Source of the DNA: Candidatus Multivoradales bacterium
Lineage (GTDB): Bacteria; Acidobacteriota; Thermoanaerobaculia; Multivoradales; JAHEKO01
Assembly: GCA_965223855.1 (NCBI GenBank)
Contig: CBDCXM010000009.1
Location: forward strand, 480,001-544,000
Length of the DNA: 64,000 nucleotides
Direction of reading: 5' to 3'
The translations under genes were made by a program, and so were the position numbers. How positions within the stretch are numbered: position 1 is the stretch's first letter; each line of letters opens with the position of its first letter. Below are positions 41,238 to 49,571 of this stretch, in pieces. The notes under the pieces were generated by a model. The model did not search any database. It was not told the origin of the DNA and was given only the letters and a program-made list of their open reading frames with translations.

Positions 41238-42968
41238 GTGCGCTCGAGAGTCCTGTTGTTCCTGCTGCTGCCGGCGTTCCTCACACCGGCCCTGCTCGCA
41301 GAAGTGGAAGCCGGGAGCACCGGGAGGGCGCCGATGTTGTGGGCCGACGAGGTCGCCTGGAAGGTCGGAGACGATCCCGCCTGGGCCTCTCCCGGCTTCG
41401 ACGATCGCGGCTGGCGGCGCAGCCCCTACGAGGACCTCGCCGGCCAGGAGTCGCTCTTCTGGATGCGAACCCGGTTCTCGCTCGGCCCGAGCCACGCCGC
41501 CGGCGTCGAGCCGCTGGCGATCTGGTTCTCCGGCATGGCGACCTGCGACTTCTACTGGGACGGCGTCGCCGTCGAGTTCGAGGGCACTCCAGGCGCCGAC
41601 GCCGAGGCAGAGGTCCCGGGCCCCATCGACGGCCGCGCCTACCTGGCGACGACGCTGGCAACCGAAGGAGAGCACCTGCTCGCCGCGCGTTGCTCGACCG
41701 CACACCGCCAGATCGAGCCGACCACCGGCTTCTACCTGCTGGGTGTCGGGCCCTACGTCCGGCTTCTCGAAGCGGTGCGAGGCTACTCGTGGAAGGCGAT
41801 GGCGAGCCTGACCGCCAAGCTCGTGGCCTTCGTCTACTTCCTCGTTCTGTTCTTCCTCGGCCGCCGCCGTGCGGCACTCTGGCTCAGCCTGCTCAGCCTC
41901 GCGGCTGCCGCCCTGCTGATCGCCGAGGCGTGGCGGTCGCTGATCGGCTACAGCTACGACTGGCACATTCCCCGGCTGGTCGTCATCCACCTGCTGGCCT
42001 GGCTGTGCAACGCCGCCCTGCTTCTCTACTTTCTGGAGCAGTTCCCCGCCCGCCGCCGCTGGTGGGTGGCCGGCGCGGCCCTCGCTGCGAGCCTCGCCGT
42101 CCCCTTCGCCGTCCGACCGTTCGACGGCCGCGTGGCGACCACCTTCCTCCTCGGCCTCGTGGTTTGCTTCCTGTGGGGGATCGGGGCGATCCGCCGGCGG
42201 GCACCGGCCGCCCGCCTGGCGACCGGCGGCGTCGCACTCGCCCTCGCCGTCCTCGCCATCGATCCGATGCGCTTCCTCGATCTGCGGATCTTCTACGTCC
42301 TCGACGCCCTGCTCGTGTTGCTGCTGATCGCCCGGGCGCGGGAGAGCCGGCGCGAACGGGACGCCCTGGAGGCGGAGCGCCTGCGATCGACGCGCCTCGA
42401 ACTCGAACTCGTCAAGAAGAGCATCCAGCCGCACTTCCTGATGAACACCCTGACGGCGCTCTCCGAGTGGTTCGAGCGTGAACCTGCCGTCGCCGGAGAG
42501 GCGATCGAGGCGCTCGCGCGCGAGATGCGGCTGCTCGGCGATCTCGCCGAACGACGCACCGTGCCGCTCGCGCGGGAACTCGAACTGTGCCGCGCTCATC
42601 TCGCGGTGATGAGCCTGCGGCGCGGCACCCGCTACGAGCTTCGGGTCTCCGGCGTCGACGACGACGCTCCCTGCCCGCCCGGGATCGTCCACACCATGGT
42701 CGAGAACGCCGTCACCCACGGTGCGGCGACTCAGGGCGGGCGAATCGAGGTGGAACTCGAAAGCCGGGTCGAGGACGGGAAGCTCCACTACCGGCTGAGC
42801 TCCCCTCTGGGCTCCGTGACCGAGCCGTCGCGCGGCGAAGGCACCGGCCTGCGCTACATCCGGACGCGGCTCGAGGAGGCGTTCGGCAACGCCTTCGACT
42901 TCTCCGCACAGCGGCAGGGAGAGCAGTGGGTCAACGAGTGGACCGTGCCGGCGGAAGAACCGGGATGA
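41238..42968 (+). CDS. LytS/YehU-family sensor histidine kinase
   Basis: IQPHFLMNTL H-box, VENAVTHG, GTGL; periplasmic domain and multiple TMs. Confidence 0.92.
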   Translation: MRSRVLLFLLLPAFLTPALLAEVEAGSTGRAPMLWADEVAWKVGDDPAWASPGFDDRGWRRSPYEDLAGQESLFWMRTRFSLGPSHAAGVEPLAIWFSGMATCDFYWDGVAVEFEGTPGADAEAEVPGPIDGRAYLATTLATEGEHLLAARCSTAHRQIEPTTGFYLLGVGPYVRLLEAVRGYSWKAMASLTAKLVAFVYFLVLFFLGRRRAALWLSLLSLAAAALLIAEAWRSLIGYSYDWHIPRLVVIHLLAWLCNAALLLYFLEQFPARRRWWVAGAALAASLAVPFAVRPFDGRVATTFLLGLVVCFLWGIGAIRRRAPAARLATGGVALALAVLAIDPMRFLDLRIFYVLDALLVLLLIARARESRRERDALEAERLRSTRLELELVKKSIQPHFLMNTLTALSEWFEREPAVAGEAIEALAREMRLLGDLAERRTVPLARELELCRAHLAVMSLRRGTRYELRVSGVDDDAPCPPGIVHTMVENAVTHGAATQGGRIEVELESRVEDGKLHYRLSSPLGSVTEPSRGEGTGLRYIRTRLEEAFGNAFDFSAQRQGEQWVNEWTVPAEEPG

Positions 42969-43675
42969 AAGCCGGGATGAGAGTCGCGATCGTCGAAGAC
43001 GAGGCGATCGTCGCTCAGAGGCTCGAGCGGATGGTCGCCGAGGTGCTCGACTCGCACCTCGAGCGGCTCGACCTCCTCCCCTCGCTCGAGGAGGCGCGCC
43101 GCCATCTCGAGACGCACCCGATCGACCTGCTGTTCCTCGACCTCAACCTCAACGGCAGCGACGGCTTCTCGTTGCTGCACGAAGCGATGGCGGGCGCGTT
43201 CGCCACCATCGTCGTCTCGGCTCACGAAGAGGAGGCGATGCAGGCGTTCGAGCTCGGTGTCACCGACTTCGTCCCCAAGCCGTTCTCGGCTGCGCGGGTC
43301 GCTCAGGCAATCCGCCGGGTGGAAGAGCGAAGCTCCGATCGCGGCCGCGAAACCCGACGACTCGCCATTCGCAAGGTCGGCGGCATCACCCTGGTCGAGG
43401 TGTCTCGGATTCGCTACATCCGCGGTGCCGACGACTACTCGGCCCTCCACCTCGAAGGCGACGCGACCGAACTGCACGAGAAGAGCCTCTCCGCACTCGA
43501 GCTCTGCCTGCCGCAACGCTTCGCCCGCTGCCACCGCTCCCACCTCGTCGATCTCGACCGGGTGCGGGAGTTCAGGAGCCTCGGTGCGGGCCGCTACCAG
43601 CTGGTGCTCGACGACGGCACCGAGCTGCCGGTCGCCCGCAGGCGGGTAGCGGAGCTCCGGCGGAAGCTGGTGTGA
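42965..43675 (+). CDS. LytTR-family response regulator
   Basis: IVEDE, FLDL, KP, LytTR RCHRSHLV; ATGA overlap with the kinase. Confidence 0.93.
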   Translation: MKAGMRVAIVEDEAIVAQRLERMVAEVLDSHLERLDLLPSLEEARRHLETHPIDLLFLDLNLNGSDGFSLLHEAMAGAFATIVVSAHEEEAMQAFELGVTDFVPKPFSAARVAQAIRRVEERSSDRGRETRRLAIRKVGGITLVEVSRIRYIRGADDYSALHLEGDATELHEKSLSALELCLPQRFARCHRSHLVDLDRVREFRSLGAGRYQLVLDDGTELPVARRRVAELRRKLV

Positions 43676-43905
43676 GCGAGGGCAACGAGATTCCAGTCTC
43701 GAAACGCGGCCTTGGCTAGCCCCCTTCCCTTGCGGACCCGCCCAGGGTTCCAGCCCAGAAGTCGGCCCAGCGCATCAGGTAGGACTCGTAGTCGAGAGCC
43801 TTGTCGCAGCTCTACTTCGGCACTGTGGGGTGACGAGACCCGGAGCCCCCGGCCGCCCCTCGGGCTCAGGGACGTGCACCCCTTGCTATGCTTCTCCCCG
43901 AACCG

Positions 43906-45129
43906 ATGAGACCGATCCGCTACGCCGCATGTCTGCTGGGGTTCGTGATCGCGCCTGCGGCCGCCGACCAGGTCCCGGTTGGCGAGCCCTTCCTGATCGC
44001 CCAGTTCGAACAGGGACAGCTGCGACTGCTGGACGCCGCCTCGGAGGGAGACGGAACGTTCGTCGTGGTCTGGTCCACGACGGCAACCGCCGACAACGAC
44101 AGCGTCGTCCAGGGACGTCGCCTTACCGACCGCGGTGCCGCGCTCACCGACGTGTTTGCCATCAGTGAAGACACGACCGGCAGTCGTTGGACGCTGGAAG
44201 TGGCGACCGACGCCGCGGGCAACTTCGTCGTCGCCTGGGCCAGCAGCCAGACCGGCGAGCACGCGGTCTTCGCGCGCCGGTTCGAGGCCGATGCAACTCC
44301 TCTCGGCGGCGAGTTCCAGGTCAACACGGCAACGATCGCCAACCTGGCTGGACCGACCGTGAGCAGCAACGCTGCCGGAGACGTCGTCGTCGCCTGGGGA
44401 GGCTTCTCGGACGGCGTCCTCGCGACGGTGTTCGATTCCGCAGGCTCCACCACCGTTCCTGAGTTTCTGGTCAACGACCCGACCACGCCTCCCGGAGCCT
44501 CCTTTCTCGACGTCTCCGCTGGAATCGCCTCCGATCGCTCCTTCACAGTGGGTTGGGGCAGCCAGTTCCTCGGCGAGTCCGGCACGGACTCACAGCTGTT
44601 TCAACGCCGCTTCTCCGACACCGGCGTCCCCCTCGGCCCTGCGGTTCAGATCTCGGATGCGGGAGACGACGGCAACTTCGCATCCGCTCTGGACTCCGAC
44701 ATCGACCGCCACGACGAGTTTCTCGTCGTCTGGCACGAGCAACTCAACCTCGCCTTCGGCGCGGTCATGGGCCGCAAGACCGACACCTCCGGCACGCTCG
44801 GCCCGGCGAAGGTTCTTCATCCCGTCAGCGAAGGCCACTCTTTCTCGATGGCCGATACCGGCGAGTTCGTCGTCGTCTCGCAGAGCTACTACGCCAACCC
44901 GCCCTACAGCGGCGCCGTCTTCGACCGCGAAGGCGACCCGATCCGTACCTTCACCCTTCCGGCGGAACGCCTCGGAACCATCGTCGTCACCCGCACTCGC
45001 CCCTCGACGTACGTCCGATTGACCACCGACGACGAAGACAATCTGATCGGACAACTGTTCGTCGATCGCTTCTTCGCGGACGGATTCGAGAGCGGGGATA
45101 CGGGACAGTGGCCGGTGGTGGTGCCGTAG
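43906..45129 (+). CDS. Secreted beta-rich repeat protein with C-terminal FADGFESGD motif
   Basis: Signal peptide; repeated G-x-FVVVW...RRF...G-x-EF-x-VN; start 43906 or 43888. Confidence 0.8.
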   Translation: MRPIRYAACLLGFVIAPAAADQVPVGEPFLIAQFEQGQLRLLDAASEGDGTFVVVWSTTATADNDSVVQGRRLTDRGAALTDVFAISEDTTGSRWTLEVATDAAGNFVVAWASSQTGEHAVFARRFEADATPLGGEFQVNTATIANLAGPTVSSNAAGDVVVAWGGFSDGVLATVFDSAGSTTVPEFLVNDPTTPPGASFLDVSAGIASDRSFTVGWGSQFLGESGTDSQLFQRRFSDTGVPLGPAVQISDAGDDGNFASALDSDIDRHDEFLVVWHEQLNLAFGAVMGRKTDTSGTLGPAKVLHPVSEGHSFSMADTGEFVVVSQSYYANPPYSGAVFDREGDPIRTFTLPAERLGTIVVTRTRPSTYVRLTTDDEDNLIGQLFVDRFFADGFESGDTGQWPVVVP

Positions 45130-45166
45130 GGGACCGGTGGACCCCCCGAGGAAGAGGTTCCCCGAG

Positions 45167-45605
45167 GAAGAGGTTCCGGGTGATTGGTCAGGAGCCGGCA
45201 CTCGACGATCCGAACCCGGCTTGGATCGCCTCTTGTCGCCGTGCGCCACTCTTCGATCGCGCGGTTCACTCGCCTCTCGACCGGTGAAGCGCTGACGCGA
45301 AGGGCCTTGAAGACCCCCGAGAAGAGGTTCCGGGTGATTGGTCAGGAGCCGGCACTCGACGATCCGAACCCGGCTTGGATCGCCTCTTGTCGCCGCGCGC
45401 CACTCTGCGATCGGGCGGTTCACTCGCCTCTCGACCGGTGAAGCGCTGACGCGAAGGGCCCCCGAGAAGAGGTTCCGGGTGATTGGTCAGGAGCCGGCTC
45501 TCGACAATCCGAACCCGGCTTGGATCGCTTCTTGTCGCCGCGCACCACTCTTCGATCGCGCGGTTCACTCGCCTCTCGACCGGTGAAGCGCTGACGCGAA
45601 GGGCC
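45167..45605. repeat. Three copies of a 140-bp structured repeat (45167-45306, 45321-45460, 45466-45605)
   Basis: Aligned by eye: 3-6 substitutions per pair; periods 154 and 145. Confidence 0.95.
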
Positions 45606-45702
45606 TTCAAGACCGTCTCGCTCGTTCTCGGGAGTCCGGGCGCATAGAGGCATCTACGACCCCGGTGGGCGTTGAGAACAGCACACGCTGAGGGCTCTTC
45701 GT

Positions 45703-46617
45703 CTACCCGGCGCGCGCTTTCACCGGCAGGTAGCACGGTGGGCGGAAGCAGCCTTCGGGAAAGCAGACCTCTCGGCCTCTGCGAAGCTTCTCCGAAGCCG
45801 CCCGATACTCGACCAAGAACCATCGGTACGCTTCTTCCATCGCCCGACGGACCTTGCCGTCACAGGCATGGAATCTCGGCGCGGGCGTGCGCTCGAAGTG
45901 CTCAGGCCGGTCGTGAGGATCCTGCGCCAGGATCGCCTTGCGACCCAGCACCGGTCTGCCGGTCTTCTCGTGCGCCTTCTCGATGGCCCTGACCATCTCG
46001 CGGACTCGTTTGCGGTACTCGGCTTTGTCGAGGTGCTCCCAGCAAGGGATCGGAGTCAGCTCTAGACGATGCTTGGAGGCGAAGCGTGCCGGAGGATTCG
46101 CCTCTCCGCGGCGGGACGCTCGATACTGCTCCGAACGGTCGATCCACTCGCCTTCCATCGTCTCTCCCGAGAGAAGCGCATGCGTACTCGTCGCTCCAGG
46201 CCAGTGGCGCGGTGAAGCAACGAGTCGCTCCTTGACGCCCTGCTCGAGGAGATAGCGGAGTCGCCGAACGTGATCCTCAGGCGTTTCGCTGACGACGACA
46301 TCCGTGTAGCGACGGCCCCAGAAACGCTCCCTCCAGTCGTGCAGCCTTCCGATCTCGCGCGCGACATTGGAATTGACGTAGGCCATGAAGCTGGCCATCT
46401 GCTGAACGTCGGTAGGCCTCAGGAGCAGGTGAGCGTGGTTCGACAGGTAGACGAAGCCGCAGACCCGCATCCCGGTTCTCTCCTGAGCGCGCGCGAGAAT
46501 CCCGACGACGCGGTCGCGCACCTTGGCTGAGGGTCGCAACAGATAGCGGCCCTGTTGGGTCCGGACCGTGATCTCGACCAGCGACTCTTCCGGCAGGTAG
46601 CGAAGCTTCCTAGACAT
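45703..46617 (-). CDS. HUH Y1 transposase (REP-associated tyrosine transposase-like) with C-terminal extension
   Basis: LSNHAHLLL HUH motif, FWGRRY, catalytic Tyr in RLRYLLEQGVKERLV, WP motif. Confidence 0.88.
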   Translation of the reverse strand: MSRKLRYLPEESLVEITVRTQQGRYLLRPSAKVRDRVVGILARAQERTGMRVCGFVYLSNHAHLLLRPTDVQQMASFMAYVNSNVAREIGRLHDWRERFWGRRYTDVVVSETPEDHVRRLRYLLEQGVKERLVASPRHWPGATSTHALLSGETMEGEWIDRSEQYRASRRGEANPPARFASKHRLELTPIPCWEHLDKAEYRKRVREMVRAIEKAHEKTGRPVLGRKAILAQDPHDRPEHFERTPAPRFHACDGKVRRAMEEAYRWFLVEYRAASEKLRRGREVCFPEGCFRPPCYLPVKARAG

Positions 46618-46668
46618 TCCATGGAGAAGGACGCGACCGAGGCGGAGAATCTTGCACTATTCACCCGG

Positions 46669-46712
46669 CACCTCCTCTCGGGGCACCTCCTCTCGGGCAC
46701 CTCCTCTCGGGG
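46669..46712. repeat. Three tandem copies of CACCTCCTCTCGGG(G) (15/14/15 nt)
   Basis: Read directly; reverse complement resembles the left-end 15/16-mers. Confidence 0.95.
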
Positions 46713-47999
46713 CTGCTCGTCCGTGTCACACGGACCGTTGTTCTGGGAGGGCCGGCTGCCGATCATGCCTCAGGGCAGAGCCTGGCCCAGACACTGGTAG
46801 CACCGCCACCAGTAACTCCTGATGAGCCCTTGGCCCTAGCCGAGATCGGTGCAGTCCCTGAAGGCAGGATGGGCGACTCTGCACTCGCCTCTTTGCCGCT
46901 TGGAGTGAAGGAGCCTGACCTCGTCGTCGAGATCTTGGGCTCTCACATCATGGTCAAGGCGCGCAATCAGCAGGCTACGAGTGTCGAATGGTCACCCAAC
47001 GACGAGCTCAGAGAGTACCTTGAGGACAAGTACAAGCAGCTCGCCACACTGGCCAGAGGATCCGAGCGACTCGGACCACTGGAGGCCTCGGTCACAAACA
47101 CAGCAAGAGGCGTCGGCGTCTTCCTGTACCGCCACTTCGCTCCGCCGACATTCAAACAGGCACTCGAGCGGCTGCTCGTCGAGGCACCAGAAGGCGAGCG
47201 GCTGTCGCTTCAGATCTACTCAGACAACCCCCTCCTGCCGTGGGAACTCCTTGTTCCCGAGTTCGAAGCTTCTCCAAGGCGCTACTCGCATCTGTCTCTG
47301 GAGACCGGCATAAGCCGCTGGCACGCGAGGCAGGACGGCCAAGTCATGAGGAGCCCACCTCATAGACTTCAACTCGACGAGATCGTCGTCGTCGCTCCCG
47401 AATACTCCAGCCAGTTGCCTGCTGTGAGGTCGGAAGTCGAGATTCTCCGCGAGTTCGCAACCAACAGCACCCTTCAAGTAGCGACCGAGGTCGCGACCGC
47501 AGCGGCAGCCCTGACTCGGCTGCCCAAAGGCCTCCTCCACTTTGCTGGCCACGGCAGGGTGGTTCGAGGAGATCTCTCGACACCGGCCTATCAGCTGCTC
47601 CTCGATGACGACCAGCAGCTCTCGGTTGACCAATGGCGTGGCTCAACTAGTTCCTCGCTGTCAAGTCCGGCCCTAGTCTTCTTCAACGCCTGCGATGTGG
47701 GGCGTTCAGGGACCTCAGCCAGCGTTGTCGATGGGTGGGCACCAGCGCTCCTAGACGCCGGGGCCAGCGGCTATCTCGGCGCGCTCTGGCCAGTTACCGA
47801 CTCTGCGGCCGGCGCCTTCGCGAGACGCTTCTATGAGACCTTGGCCGAGCAGCTTGAAGGTGGCTCCGCGGCCAATGTGCTAGATGCTGTGGCGGCTGCC
47901 AGAGAGCTCTTCCTTGAAACTGGAGACCCAAGCTACGCCGCCTACGTTTTCTACGGCGACAGCGAACTATCTCTCTCCATCGACGACGGATCAGGCTGA
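46713..47999 (+). pseudogene. CHAT domain protein, probably 5'-truncated
   Basis: LPWELL, HFAGHG, FFNACDVG, YVFYG; frame open and protein-like from 46713 but first possible start is TTG 46830. Confidence 0.7.
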
Positions 48000-48252
48000 C
48001 TCCACCCGACCGCCGAAACCCCAGCTTCTGGCACCAGCAGTGGTTCGCTCAGGGGGCGATGTCGCGAAGCTCTGATGCATGGTTGCGTCTGATCATCGCA
48101 CGTAGGAATGGGCGCATGCTGTGCGAGCGCGTCCGTGCACGCTGCCGGCACATGGCTCTGGGACGTGCGCCCCTTGCCATGCTTCCCACCGAACGATGAC
48201 ACCGATCCGTTGCGCCACCTGTCTCCTGGGGTTCAGGATCAGCCCTGCCGAT

Positions 48253-48287
48253 ACCCGCCGAGCCGAAGGCGAAAAGGAGCGGTGCGC
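48253..48287. repeat. 35-bp direct repeat of 48395-48429, including the tRNA 3'-terminal GGTGCGC
   Basis: 33/35 identity by eye. Confidence 0.85.
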
Positions 48288-48330
48288 TCTCTAGCGACCT
48301 CGCCGGACGTGGCACCAACTCACCCCCCAA

Positions 48331-48392
48331 GATTCGCGTAGCCGCTCAGCGACTCCGTCGCTGAAGCGCTACTCAGAATCCCTTCGGGCGCA
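48331..48392. repeat. Long palindrome followed by an inverted 17-bp copy of the tRNA-Arg 3' end
   Basis: GATTC..GTAG..TCAGCGAC-TCC-GTCGCTGA..CTAC..GAATC; 48376-48392 is the reverse complement of 48425-48441. Confidence 0.85.
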
Positions 48393-48419
48393 ACACCCGC
48401 CGAGCCGAAGGCGAGAAGG

Positions 48420-48473
48420 AGTGGTGCGCCCGAAGGGATTCGAACCCCTGACCTACGGCTCCGGAGGCCGTCG
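48420..48473 (-). repeat. att site: displaced 3' part of tRNA-Arg(CCG)
   Basis: Identical to 53663-53716. Confidence 0.95.
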
Positions 48474-48532
48474 TCGGAACACTAGCTTTCACTAGCATTT
48501 TGCTGCTCTCTCGGGAGTTACAGCAAACCGCC

Positions 48533-48552
48533 GGTCAACGTCTCGGTCAACG
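48533..48552. promoter_or_regulatory. Putative integrase arm-type sites (GGTCAACG-N4-GGTCAACG)
   Basis: Same doublet recurs at 53525-53544 at the other element end. Confidence 0.7.
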
Positions 48553-48748
48553 TTATCTCGACGCTACCGCCCGTCCACCGATGTTGAGGAATGCTGAGGT
48601 TCATGTCGCGACCGGTCCTGCTAGCAGGGCCAGAACAGGGTCGCGCTACCTGCTCTTGCAGAAATAGCTGGACCAGGAGGCCGAAGCGAGCGGCAGAGAG
48701 CCGTCGAGAATCTGACAGTGAGTGAGCAACGCGGGAGACCCGGCTTTG

Positions 48749-49225
48749 TCACCACGTCAGCTTGCGCTGGCAACCGGCGCATGACTGAGCCCCCTTGCCG
48801 ACGCGGGTGCCACAAGCCGCGCACTCGTGCCAATAGCCGGAGCGAGTCCCCGCAATCAGCAGTGCGATTCCGACCGGCCACAGAACTAGCGGAAGGATGA
48901 TTGTCGCAATGCCCAGCAGTCCACCCAACAGCGCGAGGATGCCGAAAGCCTGCATCGCGCAGCCGCCAGCCGATAGACCAGAGCCTGAGCGTCCGGCTGC
49001 CGCCTGGCTGTTGTAGGCGTCCATGGCCCTCGACGCGACAGCCTTCTGAGCCTCGTCCAAGCTCTCCCACAGCTCCTTGCGGGCGGCTTCGGACGCAGCG
49101 TTGTATCGGCCTACGAAAGACGCCCATTCGTCCGAGAGAGTCAGAGCGCCGCAGTGACGGCACTTCACGGCCTCCGGTTGAATCTCCTCAGCGCAGGACG
49201 GACACTGGCGCAGCTCGGCCATCAA
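48749..49225 (-). CDS. Double zinc-ribbon membrane protein (island cargo)
   Basis: CPSC..CRHC at the N-terminus, TM hairpin, CAAC..CAGC at the C-terminus; GGAGG RBS. Confidence 0.8.
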   Translation of the reverse strand: MMAELRQCPSCAEEIQPEAVKCRHCGALTLSDEWASFVGRYNAASEAARKELWESLDEAQKAVASRAMDAYNSQAAAGRSGSGLSAGGCAMQAFGILALLGGLLGIATIILPLVLWPVGIALLIAGTRSGYWHECAACGTRVGKGAQSCAGCQRKLTW

Positions 49226-49391
49226 ACCCTCCTTGCAAATGTGACTACCCGAGACTACCTGAGCCGGAGGGGTGCGGCACTCGAGTCTCTGCCGCGTGTG
49301 TCACGGCCGACCGCGCGGGCAGCGCGGTATGTCCATGAGCAGGTCCAAGCATGGGGGAGGGGCCTGAGAACAGGCACGAAACAGGGTCCAG

Positions 49392-49539
49392 CCAGGGGCC
49401 AAGGGGTCAAGCGCCCTTGTTTGAACCCCTTGCCGTTCTCGGCCAGCCGACCTATCAATCATTAGCTGGCTTCTCGCCAAGGGGGTCAAGCTGTGCTGCG
49501 TTGGTCCCCTTGGCACCGTTGAACCCCTTGAATCCTCGG
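49392..49539. other. Putative replication origin with iteron-like TTGRWCCCCTTG motifs in both orientations
   Basis: About 5 related motifs directly downstream of the helicase gene. Confidence 0.55.
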
Positions 49540-49571
49540 CCGGTAGCCTCAATACCTCCTCATCGCGTCAC

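Larger units (their letters stand above)
45144..46712 (-). mobile_element. HUH/Y1 transposase element with inverted, tandemly amplified ends
   Basis: Left end CCCCGAGAAGAGGTTCCGGGTGA and right end TCACCCGGCACCTCCTCTCGGGG form an inverted repeat (21/23) around the transposase. Confidence 0.75.

Noticed and set aside
43716-43811. Possible minus-strand gene remnant (SCDKALDYESYLMRWADFWAGTLGG)
   Set aside because: Too short, bounded by stops, no start codon; cannot be supported without a search.
45167-45605. Repeat array as a CRISPR array
   Set aside because: 140-bp units with no unique spacers and no cas genes in the window.
44590-45823. Short ORFs with repeated peptides across the 140-bp repeats
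   Set aside because: Repeat periods 154 and 145 are not multiples of 3, so frames shift between copies; likely non-coding.
48422-48473. Second tRNA-Arg gene
   Set aside because: Lacks the D-arm and 5' acceptor strand; it is the att duplication.
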